Assembly (NCBI GenBank): GCA_964016885.1
Contig: OZ024742.1
Location: forward strand, 69,626,001 to 69,690,000
Length of the DNA: 64,000 bases
Reading direction: 5' to 3'
From: Eledone cirrhosa
Lineage: Eukaryota
The position numbers and the translations under genes are program-made. Under the pieces are notes generated by a model that saw only the letters and a list, made by a program, of their open reading frames with translations, searched no databases and had not been told where the DNA came from. Below are positions 1 through 12,860 of the stretch, piece by piece; the first letter of the stretch is position 1; each line of letters begins with the position of its first letter.

Positions 1-41
1 TATATACATATATACACATATACACACATATACACATATAC

Positions 42-74
<33 letters not shown>

Positions 75-201
75 TATATATAAATAAATATATACACATA
101 CATACATACGCATACATACACATATATATACATATATACATATACATACACATATATATATATAAATATATACACATATACACACATACAAATATACACA
201 T

Positions 202-262
<61 letters not shown>

Positions 263-350
263 CACACACATACCCATATACACATGTGCACACATACATA
301 TACATACACATACATATACACACATACACACACATATATACACATACAAA
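1..350. repeat. Compound (TA)n/(CA)n/(TACA)n microsatellite
   Basis: Directly visible low-complexity dinucleotide repeats. Confidence 0.95.
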
Positions 351-526
351 TAAATAAGTACTCAATAAAAATACGCATATACGCAGGCACATTAAAACAC
401 CTCTACAGGCAGAAAATGTAGATAGGTAAGAGGTACTCACATAACCATAGTGGCCGTATTTCAGGTTGAGGAGGGGTGGGGGTAGGGTGGGAAGGAGTTA
501 TAGGGGCCAATAGGAGGAGGTCGTTT

Positions 527-2350
527 TTAGCCATCGGGCTTTAACACTGGCTTAAAGTGTTTGAAAGTTGCAAAGTTCTTGTGCATGCAATTCGGGCAGT
601 GTTCAGAGAGTTTGTTCAGTAGCGGGCCCTTGGCGAATAAAATTTCGTAGCTCTCTGAAATACAAAGGTCGCAGTCCTTGTGTCCTCCGTTGTAAGAGCG
701 CGCTTTCTGGAGTATTTTCCATTTAAGCGTGAAGGGGGTGGAGTTCCTTTTGAGGTCCCAAACATAGGAGGCGAGTATTGTCTGGTTTGATTTGTCCGGT
801 CTCCTGAAGGAGTGGGTATGGGCATACCAACGGGTCTTAAAGTTGTTGGAGGTCATGCCGATGTAAGTTTTTTTGCAATCATCGGTGCCTGAGATGACAT
901 CGCATTTGTATACGATATCATTTGTGAGGCATTTGTTTTCAAGTGGGCATGCTTCCTTATTTAGGCAATTACACAGAGCCCCAGTCCGGGGATTGGGTTC
1001 GGAGGTGGTTGGCTTATTTAATTTTTTAGAATTGTGGTTGGCTATATTCCTAGCTAGGTTAGGTGTGGTGGAGTAGGAGAGTCTTATTGTGTTCTTATTA
1101 AAGATGGTGTGGTACCTATGTTGTTTGGGGAAGTGTAATTTCAGCAAAGTGAAGAAAATCCTAGCTATCGGAGTAGAGACCTCTCTATTGAAGGGAGGGT
1201 TGTACCAGCTAATTTGCCTATGTCTATTCCTCCTCTGCAATCTTGCGGTGGTTTCTAGGTATGTTATCTTTTCTTTAAATCCGCTACGGGCGAGGGCATC
1301 ATTGTAGTAGGAGGCAGATGCGTTAAAAATATCTTTGTTGGCGGAGAGGCCAGATATTCTAATAGAGACGCTTTTTACTAGGTTATCAGTGATGTTTTGG
1401 GGGTGGTTTGAATTAACATTAATATATTTAAGGGACTCGTTAGGTTTGTGGTACGGGTAATAGAGGGAAGTATCTAGGTCGAGAGTGACATCTAAGAAGT
1501 TGGCCCTAGTCAAATTAGATTCTATAGTTATACTAAATCCTAGATTAGAGAAGAATGAGCTTAAGTTTTTCCGAAACCCATCGGTGGTTCTGGGGTTAAC
1601 CTTATGCAGGGCGAAGAGGCCGTCGTCTCGGTATAAACCTCCCGTTAGGCCGGTAAAGAGGTTCTTCAGGTGATGTAGGATGTACAGGCCCACAAGGTCG
1701 CTAATTTCAGCCGAGTCACTCGCTCCCATGCTAACGTCAAATGGGGTCTGAGATTTCTTGTTGATCCAGTAAGATCCATCGTGGTATAGAAAGGTCTTAC
1801 GAGCGTGGAGGATAACAACTTTCTCAGCATCGGTAATGGTGGTAAAATTCCTGGCAAAGTGAATTGCGTCCTTCAGGAGGGGCTCCGAGATAGAGGCATA
1901 GTAGTTTTCTATGTCGAGTTGCAGGAAGCGAGTGTGGTGTTTGTCGGGTAATTTTTGGAACCATGATATTGCCTCAGATGTTCTGCTCCAGAGTGGAAGT
2001 GGTGAGGCAGCCCGCAATGATGGTAGAACTCTATCCAGGATCTTCTTACTGATAGAGCCGATGTCAGAACGAGTGGGGTTGATAGGTCTGACTGATGGTT
2101 TGTTGAGGAAGTTTCCCTTATGGTCCTTCAGGTAAAGTGCGGGGTCTTTACCCTTAAAGGTTCGGTTCGGTCGTGTAATTTAAGGGACTTGGCGATTTCT
2201 TTTCCGGCCGCGTTTGTCTCAGTCAGTGCCATCTCTATTACCTTTTTGTAGGTGGTCGTGATGGTATTTTTTGCCAGCTTATTGTAGGTCTGTGGGTCTA
2301 CCTCATAAACGTTTTTGGTTTTATCGGAGGAGACATAAAGATTAGGGGAT
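527..2350 (-). mobile_element. Penelope-like retroelement ORF (RT + C-terminal GIY-YIG endonuclease), 5'-truncated, one frameshift near 2132; possibly Naiad-type
   Basis: The 496-aa ORF 527..2017 has RT motifs (QLDIENYYASI, MGASDSAEISDL, LYRDDGL), a CNC..CP..CL linker, GIY-YIG (IVYKC..TYIGMT..FKTRW) and a C-terminal CDLC..LLNK..C.H. Homologous reading continues upstream (LKDHKGNFLNKPSVRPINP; SDKTKNVYEVD) across a 1-nt deletion. Confidence 0.9.
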
Positions 2351-2384
2351 ATTTTTAGGGGATTTTTAAAAATAAAAATAAACT

Positions 2385-2561
2385 ATAGCTTTGTAGAATT
2401 AGCTTTTAATGAATTCCCTTTTCTATCAACCAATGACCTACACCCATCCCACTCCCCACCCTCTCCTACCACTTGTAGAGACCTATAAATACCATACTTA
2501 CTTTTTGATACCCAGATTCCTGATGATTTCTAAAGAATGAAACAGTTCTAGTCCTGTAGAA

Positions 2562-2566
<5 letters not shown>
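2385..2566 (+). mobile_element. Penelope pseudo-LTR-like fragment containing the hammerhead, ending in (TA)n
   Basis: Homologous to 3725-3896. C-rich tract, TATAAATA, then the HHR. Inverted relative to the adjacent PLE ORF. Confidence 0.55.
2514..2564 (+). ncRNA. Type I hammerhead ribozyme motif
   Basis: Stem I AGATTC(2514-19)/GAATCT(2559-64), core CTGATGA (2520-26), stem II TTCT-aa-AGAA, GAAA (2539-42), stem III CAG/CTG, cleavage triplet GUA (2556-58). The stem II closing pair is a T.T mismatch. Confidence 0.75.

Positions 2567-2638
<72 letters not shown>
2566..2638. repeat. (TA)n microsatellite; similar pure (TA)n tracts at 3277-3367, 3983-4068, 5131-5183, 10853-10918
   Basis: Directly visible. 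Confidence 0.95.
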
Positions 2639-2642
<4 letters not shown>

Positions 2643-2676
2643 AAAGAATAGAGGTGTAACACACAAGTTATTATAT

Positions 2677-3372
<696 letters not shown>

Positions 3373-3469
3373 TATGTATATATATGTGTATGTGTGTATA
3401 TGTGTTTGTATATGTTTGTATATGTGTATATTTATATATATATGTGTGTGTGTATGTGAATGTGTCTGT

Positions 3470-3978
3470 AGACACCTGAAATATAGCTTAGAGAAAGATG
3501 ACAATAAGGACAGACACCCAATATTTGAACTGGTTTATAGAATTCTCTCTGCCTTTTTCACTCTAAGTAGAGCTTTAAAGAATTTCTCTTTTCTGCTCAA
3601 CCATCTTTTAGACACCTGAAATATATGCATCGTTGGCTTAAGAGAAACTTAAAAATAAGGAGTGGCACCCCGATTTGAACTTGTTTATAGAATTCTTTCT
3701 GCATTTGTCACTCTAAATATGAATTATAGCTTTAAAGAATTAGCCTTTAATGAATTCCATTTTCTTTCAACCAATGACCTCCACCCATCCCACTCCCCAC
3801 CCTCTCCTACTACCAGAAAAGATATAAATACCACCATATTTTCTTGGACAGTCAGATTCTAGATGATTTCTCAAGAATGAATCCTGTAGAATCTCATCTA
3901 TATTAAAATGTTTATACTTTGCTATGTATTGAGTACCTTACTTACTGTGGCTACCTCCGATTCAACCCGGAATAACTT

Positions 3979-3981
<3 letters not shown>
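3470..3981 (+). mobile_element. Second pseudo-LTR-like copy with broken hammerhead (3854-3895); its 3' end recurs inverted at 4938-4972
   Basis: AGATTC-tagatga-TTTCTcaAGAAT-gaa[deletion]-CCTGTA-GAATCT. The end GGCTACCTCCGATTCAACCCGGAATAACTTACC+(TA)n matches the reverse complement of 4938-4972. Confidence 0.55.
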
Positions 3982-4070
<89 letters not shown>

Positions 4071-4269
4071 GTAGAACACTGGTGGGTTATATCCGTAGTA
4101 GTAGAGCACTCAGTCCATGGGACGAGTTAGGTAGAAGTAGTTCCACAACACTTAGTTCACCATACCGAGTACAAACATTTTAGACCGTGAGGATCTGAAT
4201 AAGGTGAAACATTTGCTTTTGTTCTCGGTATGGTGAACTACCTGTTGCGCCGCTGATCGCTTTTGATCT

Positions 4270-4665
4270 CCTGTTTTAAGCGCCGAAACATCTATGATCT
4301 GCGGTTAATAGCTGATGAAGGATTTCTTCTCTTGTTTCGTCCATATTACCATCTTAAACTTTGTTTACAGTAACCACACAGCTCGCTTCGTTTCTTGTAA
4401 TTTTGTATTTATCGCTGTGACCCCCCTCTATCCGTTTTGCTCGATTTGTGGGCGCACCACGCTTTCATATCGACTCTCTCCTTCTCTCTCCTCCCTTTTT
4501 TCTCTCTCTCTTTCTCTCTCTCTCTTTCTCTCTCTCCATCTGCTCGTTTTCGTAAAACTCGATCGTTTACGACACGTTTTACAACTGTCGTAAAACTCTT
4601 TTGGATTATCTCCCTTTCTCTTCTCCCTCTCACTTCCGGTTGCTCCGTCTCTCTCTCTCTCTCTC

Positions 4666-4737
<72 letters not shown>

Positions 4738-4922
4738 TCTCTCCTCACTTTGATTGAGATCGCACGGAACTACTTCGCTCCTAGTTATTTCATGTCCTGT
4801 TTTAAGCGCCGAAACACCTATGAACTGCGGTTAATAGCTGATGAAGGATTTCTTCTCTTATTTCGTCCATATTAGCAACTTAAACTTTGTTTACATTAAC
4901 CACACAGATCGCTTCGTTTCTT
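4270..4922. repeat. ~127-bp direct repeat (4270-4397 and 4796-4922) flanking a (CT)n-rich tract
   Basis: Both copies begin CCTGTTTTAAGCGCCGAAACA and end CGCTTCGTTTCTT. Confidence 0.85.
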
Positions 4923-5128
4923 ATATATATATATATAGGTAAGTTATTCCGGGTTGAATAGGAGGTAACCATAACGAAGGAAGTGTGGTAAGGAACCAGG
5001 TGAACCATAACGCACCACAGTACACGATACTTAGGGTGGTAGAGTGGGTAATAGGAAAAGAGTCTTGACCCCGCTAGATTTAGCTGTCGAAACGGCCGGA
5101 GCTCAGCCGTCGATGTCCTGACTCTTTT

Positions 5129-5191
<63 letters not shown>

Positions 5192-5204
5192 ATTTTAACA
5201 ATGA

Positions 5205-5271
5205 TAATAATTGTTTCTAATTTTTGGCACAAGGCCACCAATTACCCAGTGCATTACTGGTACTTTATTTT
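5205..5271 (-). mobile_element. SINE 3' fragment with target-site duplication
   Basis: Matches the 3' end of the SINE at 49985-50169. TTATTTTAACAATGA is duplicated on both sides. Confidence 0.8.
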
Positions 5272-5508
5272 AACAATGAAAATAATAATAACAAAGTCGA
5301 GTTAGTTTACCTATTCATATCATTATTTTACGATCGTTTCTGATGGTTGATCATAATGACCATATTGACTGACCTATAGCAGTTATATTACTGTATATTA
5401 TCAGACCTCATCTATAGGTTCGATCAGACCGACTTCTTCGGAAACAATATTGTGTGTTAGTGTAAGTGAGTGGCGTGTATCTGTTTGTTCGTATTCATGA
5501 GTGTTTGT

Positions 5509-5546
<38 letters not shown>

Positions 5547-5799
5547 TGGTGTGTGTATGTGTGTGTGTGTATGTGTGTGTGTGTGCGTGTGTGTGTCGTA
5601 TGCATGGGTGTCACTAAGTGAGAAGGAAACTCCTTAAAACCTGCAGTTCAACCAACTCCCAGTTATCTTGCTCCGGCATGTCACTGGACTCTAGTTGTGA
5701 TACACCGAGAGAGGTACTCGTGTTGTACAAGCGTTTCCCACTATAATATACTGATGTACAGATGTCTCTTACATCTTTCTTCGTCTATCCTATTTTTGA

Positions 5800-8700
5800 A
5801 ATACTGCGGTGATAGACGAATGGTAACATGTGCAGACCTGACCAGTTGGAAGCTTATAGTCACAAGACTACGCACAGGCGCCCAGAGCTTACTTGGTTTC
5901 ACTCGAGCAAAATGCAAAAAATACGTGAAAGATCGAGTCAAACTCAACATTTATTGTTGGAACGTGAGGACACTCCTGGAGAGTTACTCGTCTGGACGTC
6001 CATAACGTAGAACTGCACTTGTGACAAAAGAACTCAGACGATTGAATATAGACACAGCAGCTTTATCTGAAACACGTTTGGCGGGAGAATATCAATTAAC
6101 AGAAGTATCATCAGCTTTCTCTCTTTTGAGGGTAGGTGAACCCATAGCTGAACGGAGAGAGGGCGGTGTTGGCTTCGCCATTAGAACACCCCTGCTTGAT
6201 CGTATAGAATGTTCTACTGGTGTAACCGATCGCATTATGAAACTTCGCATTCTTCTGAGACATGGCCATTATGTAACACTTTTATCTGTTTATGCACCAA
6301 CCCTACAGGCCAGTGAGGTGGTCCTTGATTCTTTCTGGGTCTCTTCGTGCTGTCATTGCATGCACACCCGCTGACGATAAATTGTTACTTCTCGGTGATT
6401 TTAATGCTCGTGTGGGTAGTGATCACGAGACGTGGGGCGCCATTGCTTCATGAACACAAGCGGCCTGAGGTTACTTGAACTCTGCTCAGAACTCAACTTA
6501 ACCATCTGCAACTCTCTTTTCCGTCAGAAGCTTAAATATAAAGCTACCTGGTATCATCCAAGATCCAAGCATGGATACATGATTGATTTCATCATCACTC
6601 GTAAACGAGATCTAAGTGATTTGTGCACAGTGTGTGTGTGTTGTGTAGTACAGAATATGGCATTGACCACAAATTAGTGCGAGGAAGGTTCAAGATGAGT
6701 ATCCGCAAAATAATTCGTATGAGTGGAGTGAAAGCACCAAAACGTATTGATGTCACCAAACTGAGGCAAGCAGATGTGCGTACAACCCTAACTGAAAGAT
6801 TTGATGGTCTTGATTTTGATGGCACCTGAAAAAATGTTTGAGTCAAGTTTACTGAGTGGGGGCTGAGGTACTTGGCTTCAGAACCAAGAGACACCAGAAC
6901 TGGTTTGATGACAACAATCCTAATATCAATCAGCTCCTGAAAATCAAGCAGACTCTCTATGAAAAGCTCCTGAATCAGAATCCCGTATCACAACCAGCTG
7001 CCCAGGAAAGCCTACAAGAATCACAAGGCAACACTGCAACGTTAACTGCGCAGTATTCAAAATGAGTGGTGGAGTAATATCTCTTCGGAAATCCAACAGG
7101 CTTTTAACACTAAAGATTCGAAGTCATTTTACTCTTTGATACGCCAAGTCTTCGGTCCACCATCATCCTCAATAACTCCTCTGAGATGCCACTATCATTA
7201 TCAAAGGACCATGCCACTATCATTATCAAAGAGCCATAAAAAAGTCTTTCAGCGTTGGGAGGAACATTTTACTGACCTGCTTGACAACCCATCAGCGGTT
7301 TATTTTGGAGTGATAGAGGGCCATCCTCAATGTGAAATAGTCCGCCGTATGGATCGACTTCCCTCTACTGATGTAATAAAGCTGGAAGTCCAGCAGGTTA
7401 ACTCTGGCAAGACACCAGGTCCAGATGGTATCCCAGTCGAACTGCTGAAAGTCGGTAGTGATAATGTAACAGAAGCGATAAATAACTTCATCAATGATTG
7501 TTGGAATGGGTCCCCGGTTCCGCAGGACTGGATCAACGGCGTTCTGTTGTCATTATACAAAGGCAAAGTTCAAATCCCGCGGTTAACTTTGTCTTTCATC
7601 CTTACGAGATCGATAAAATAAAGTACCAGTCATGCACTGGTGTCGATTTAATCGACTGCCCCTCCCCCAAAAATGCTGGACTTGTGCCTATATAAGAAAC
7701 CATTATACAAAGTCAAAGGTGAAAAATCGATGTAGAAACTACCGTGGCATCACTTTGTTGGAAGCTGTTGGCAAGGTTCTCGCAACACTTTTCTTCAATA
7801 GGATATCTGGAGGAGGATATCTGTCCTACAACTATCCCAGAATCACAGAGTGATTTTAGAAGAGGAAGGGAAACATTTGACATGATTTTCTCTGTAAGAC
7901 AAACACAAGGAAATGCATTGAGCAGTGTGTCACTCTATATGATGTCTTTGTCGACCTAACGAAGGCCTTTTACACGGTTAACAGGGATGCACTCGAGATA
8001 ATACTTGGAAAAGTAGGATGTCCACCCAAGTTTGTGAGTATGCTAAAGCAGCTGCACAGAAATATGAAAGCTCGGTTACCTTCAATGGCCAACTAACTGG
8101 GGAAATCCCAATTGACAACGGGGTAAAGCAAAGTGATATTCCTGCTCCTACGCTTTTCTCCATCTTCTTTGCTGCTTTGCTCACACATGCTTTCCATGAT
8201 TGTGACAGAAGCATTCTTTTACGGTTCAAAACCACTAGAAATGTTTTCAATTAAAGAAGGTTTAATGCCAAGACAAAAACGTTTCAAGCTTTGATCAGAG
8301 ACCTTCTTTGAGCCGACGACGCTGACTTTCTAGCACATACAGAAGCTGGCATGCAACACATTATGGACCGTTTCTCATCTTCGTGTACAGCATTTGGGCT
8401 TACAATCAGCCTTAAAAAGATCAAAGTAATGTTTACTCCTGCTCCTGGAGAATCATATACTGAACTCAATATCATGGTTGGTGGAACCAGGCTGGGTGTA
8501 GTAGATAAATTTGTCTACATGGCTAACACACTCTCAAATGATGGTTCCTTGGATGCTGAAATAAATCTGCGCATCCAGATGGCCTCTGTTGCCTTCAGAA
8601 AATTGGAAAAGAGAGTTTGGGCAAATCACAACATTACCAACAATAACAAGGTGTATGTATGTGTGTGTATAGATCATGTGTTCTGTCTGCTCTTTTTTAT

Positions 8701-9550
8701 TCCGCCGAAACCTGGATTCTATTCCGCAAACACACTAAATTACTTGAGCATTTTCATCAGAAATGTTTAAGGCGCATATTCAACATGAAATAGCAAGACA
8801 GAACTCCTAACATAAATGTTCTTATCAAAGCAGAATGTCCAAGCGTTGAGTCCCAAGTCACATCTTCTCAAATGCACTGGACAGAACATATCATTCTCAT
8901 GAAAGAAAGCAGGATCCCGAAGCAACCGCTTTATGGTGAGCTCCACCTTGGAAAAAGACCTCAACACAAACCGAAAATGAAGTTCAGAGACAGCACCAAG
9001 AACAATCCCAAAGAGCTGGTATTTGATATAGACAACTGGGAGGAGATAGCTCTCAATAGGGCTGAGTGGAGAAAGCGCATAAAGGGCAGTTGCAAAACTT
9101 TGAGGAATGTCGTCTACAACATAAACAACTAAAGCGTCAGCTCCGGAAGGGCTGTGCTCACAGTCTTGGTGAAGTCATCAGTAGTTGGATATACAAATCC
9201 TGTCAGCGTGTACTCCTCTTAAAAGCTGGTTATGTTAATCACCTGATGTCACGTGAAAGGATAACCACCCACAACACCACTCAACAAAGACCTGGCGAAA
9301 CATCGTGCAGCAAAATGTGTAGAACTAGTTCCACAATAAAAAGACACATGGTGGCACATACAGATTGTATCCCACAGGGTGACACCACCGGTCCTGTGGA
9401 AAGCACAACTCTCTTCTGTCACCTGTGTCGTAAACCATGCAGATCTACAGCTGGACTACAAAGCCATCTTACGAAGTCATGGACGCAGATGGGATGATAA
9501 CGAAGAATCAATAAGAGACGGCAATCGTCCGGTGAAGACGCTGCAATCCT
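5800..9550 (+). mobile_element. RTE-clade LINE, near full length, decayed (APE endonuclease, RT, C-terminal C2H2-like fingers)
   Basis: Fragments read CWNVRTL, AALSETRL, GVGFAI, SVYAPT, GDFNARVG, TWYHPRSKH..IDFII, KTPGPDGIPVE, NYRGITLL, GVKQ..APTLFS, ADD, FGLTISLKK, RIPKQPLYGEL. Many stops and frameshifts. Confidence 0.92.
7568..7700 (+). mobile_element. 5'-truncated SINE inserted in the RTE RT domain, 18-bp TSD
   Basis: Starts at the B-box remnant GTTCAAATCCCG. Flanked by CATTATACAAAGGCAAAG (7551-7568) and CATTATACAAAGTCAAAG (7701-7718). Confidence 0.9.
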
Positions 9551-9844
9551 CATGTATGTATATACAAATGAAACCTACACTCTTATGCACCCGAGGATAT
9601 TTTTTTTTGCCGTTTTCGCAGTATTTCGGCCAATGGAGTATCTCTTCCTTCGAAGCATGACCTAAAAGCAGGATGAAGTACACTAAGACTAACTGGTAGA
9701 GTAAGGAGTAAACTCGGCAGTGATGCATGTGATTTCCGAAGCGTTGACTTTGTAATTGCTGGACTTGTGCCAAAAGTAGTGGGACTTTTTGGGTGGTATA
9801 TCGGCAGCAGTAACAATGATAAGCCGTCTGTGCTTTCGTGAAAT

Positions 9845-10845
9845 AAATACGTTTGTTTATATTTTGTTTTTCTGTATGCAAAAATATCTGTACACGAATA
9901 TATAATTATATATATATATATATATTAAAATAACAGATTAAAGTCTAAGCAAACAACGCTGCTTTCACCCTTAACGGGATCTTCTAAAACTAAAAAAATC
10001 AATCTGTGAACGCAGAAGTAAATATTTTGAAGAACGATGCAACCGAAGGAAGATAGGAAGACGATACTTTGGTTCGTGAAGACGTTCCCTGGCAATGAAC
10101 GGAAAATAGCGAAGATAATACGTCAGCAATGAGAATCATATTTGTCATAATGTCGTAATGCAGACAGCCGGATATAGAGACAGGTATTATAAGCGTGCGA
10201 AGTTATAGCTATGTATCTATCTAAAAAGACAGACGAAGAAAGACAGAGAGATCGCTAATCGGCGCCTAATGAGGTCCCTAGGGCATTGACAATTTGAAAT
10301 ATTTTTGCTCAAAACATTCAAGGACCGTAAGTATTACATGTGTAAAGTTTGAAAAGATCGGTTGAATGGCCCGGCGTTGCTCGAGATTCTAAACACAGAT
10401 TGCATGTTTATCCCTCCTTTCTTTAAACAGTTTCATCGTATGTTCACCAAATGATGCAGAAGTTCTAATAAAAAGTGAAGTCGCCTTGGGTGAATAGGCA
10501 AATAATTTTCCATTAAGATTTTTCGAAAGCATGTAATTGCGTTCCCTCTCTCTTTTTTGTTGTTGTTTTAGCTGCTGTTGGTGTGATAGCAGCCGTTAGT
10601 CGTACTCTAACACAGTCTCGTCCTTCTTCAGCCAATCGTGTAGATCCTCTTGTGCCTTGTCAGCAATGAGAACAATATTGGCTCTAGGGTTCTTATATAT
10701 TTGATATATATATATTTATCCTTATCGAGCCTCGCATGTATATATATATTTATCCTTATCGAGCCTTGCATACACAATAACAAAATATAAACGTTTGTTT
10801 ATATTTTGTTATTGTGTATGCAAAAATATCTGTACACACGAATAT

Positions 10846-10925
<80 letters not shown>

Positions 10926-11207
10926 TATCGCTGCATTCACCCTTAACGGGATCTTCCGAAACTAAAAATCAATCTGTGAACGCAGAAGTAAATAATTCGA
11001 AAAACGTTACATACTACATATATATACACACTATATATACATATATACAAACACACACACAGATAGTGTCGTAATGTCGTAATGCAGACAGCCAGACATA
11101 GAGACAGATATTATAATGGCGCGACTTTATAGCTATGTATCTATCTAAAAAGACAGACTAAAAAAGATAGAGAGATCTCTAACCCGGCGCCTAATGCGGT
11201 TCCTAGG
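9845..11207. repeat. Duplicated non-coding repeat segments, possibly non-autonomous Helitron/Helentron (HINE-like) remnants
   Basis: 9845-10030 resembles 10790-11000, and 10150-10285 resembles 11068-11207. The motifs CCCGGCGTTGCTCG and AAAGTTTGAAAAGATCGGTTGA recall such elements. Classification is tentative. Confidence 0.4.
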
Positions 11208-11407
11208 NNNNNNNNNNNNNNNNNNNNNNNNNNNNNNNNNNNNNNNNNNNNNNNNNNNNNNNNNNNNNNNNNNNNNNNNNNNNNNNNNNNNNNNNNNNNN
11301 NNNNNNNNNNNNNNNNNNNNNNNNNNNNNNNNNNNNNNNNNNNNNNNNNNNNNNNNNNNNNNNNNNNNNNNNNNNNNNNNNNNNNNNNNNNNNNNNNNNN
11401 NNNNNNN
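11208..11407. other. Assembly gap (200 N)
   Basis: Run of N. Confidence 1.
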
Positions 11408-12860
11408 CACAAGGCTAGAAATAAAGTATGACATTAAGGACAGCACAGGACGGTACAGGACGGTACAGGACGGTAAAAATGGGCGTGTAAAGAAAAATAA
11501 TAACAAAGGAAATAACAAAAAAAATGAAACAAAGGAAAATTCCCCAAGAGAGGAGGAGACTTCCGGGGTCATTTGTGGAGAAAACTCATTTAAAAAGCCA
11601 CGGTAATCCTGACCACCAGGGCAAGTGCCCTCTCCCAGTTTTAATTTTATGCTGGTTGAGCCAGTGAGGTAGGCAAGAGAAAAAACCTCAATTTTTTAAC
11701 CATCCCCTGAGGGCAGAAGGCCGTTAGGTGGGTTCCGTCGCCACAAGCGACACGCCTTGGCCTCCTACCTTCAGCCATTACGGTGAGGTGGCTACTGTCA
11801 TCGAGGTCTATGAGCTCTGGGATCTTTTGGATGTCTTTCTGATCCGCTTGGATCAGGAGCTCCATTCCAGATCCGGAGCAGTTCTCCTGTTTTATTCTTA
11901 TCACCTCGATCATCTTTGTGTCGTCCTCGATGTCGGCAAGGACGGAAGCCATCAGCCAGGGAATTTCAACGGCCAGTGGTACCTGGGTTACCCTCATTCT
12001 CACGAGCCTGTGTCTGCTGTTTTTGGACTAGTGTGAAATCTTCGCTCTTTAGTGGAGCCATGGAGTGTTTTCTGGCTTCCTGTGGGAATCAAAAGAACAC
12101 ATCCATGGTCCCATATCTTTGTCCACGTCTGATGTGGGTTTTCTGAGCGCACACAAGTCCCAAAGTGTTTTGAATCTGGGACTCGGATTCCAGCTCCACT
12201 GTAACCATTTTTTTCACCATTCGCCTGGCCTCATTCTGTACTTCCTGACTTACTTCAATCGTTTCGTTCTTGTTCGCCGCTTTAGCAAAAGACACATTTG
12301 GTTTTGCGCTGGTGTTGCTGTTGTTGTTGTTGTTATTGTTATTTTTGTTATTATTATTTTTTGTTTCATTTGTTGCTGTGATGGTGGTGGTGGTATCAGT
12401 GGTGTAGGAGGTATTCTTCGACATTGCGGCGGTGGAGATGCCATATTTAACACCAGTAGACTTAGCAAAGTTGGAAAGTCTACTTTCACACGTGGCAAAT
12501 TTTGGTGACTGCTATTGCTGGTGGTGTTGCTGCTGTTAGCGAAAACATCCGTGTTGGCAATTGTAGCAAGGTACACAATGGTGGTTGTGGGAGTAGAGTC
12601 TATGTTAGAGGCACTGTCACGTGACAGCTGGCTTAATTTGGGAAGGCGTGTACCGTCCATGTTTTTTCTTTTAGAAAAACATGGATTGTTTGATAAAATA
12701 AAGTTCAAATTTGGGTTCAAGGCCCCAATATTATGGAGTGTCCTTTTCAGAAAGCAATATATAAACAGTTAACAAAAAATTTCCATAACTGGCAATTCAA
12801 AACAACTTAAAACAACACTTTCAGTAGCTCACGATAACACGTTTTCCTACGCAAGTCGCC
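11408..12860 (-). mobile_element. Tx1-family copy Z: internally deleted, 5' UTR + partial ORF1 joined directly to 3' UTR (no ORF2)
   Basis: 5' end is similar to copy A. ATG at 12660. ORF1 motifs (GQRYGTMDVFF; RVACGDGTHLTAFC knuckle remnant). Junction to the family 3' UTR near 11645. Confidence 0.85.

Noticed and set aside
4280-4345. GAAAC...CTGATGA as a hammerhead (also at 4810-4870)
   Set aside because: Stems I-III and the NUH site cannot be paired in register.
11446-11473. Short tandem CAGGACGGTA repeats, and the regular repeat-spacer look of the (AAT)n array, as a CRISPR-like array
   Set aside because: These are Tx1 3' UTR repeats and retrotransposon tails in eukaryotic DNA. There are no unique spacers of constant length and no cas genes.
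11141-11572. ORFs containing long X runs
   Set aside because: Artefacts of the 200-N gap.
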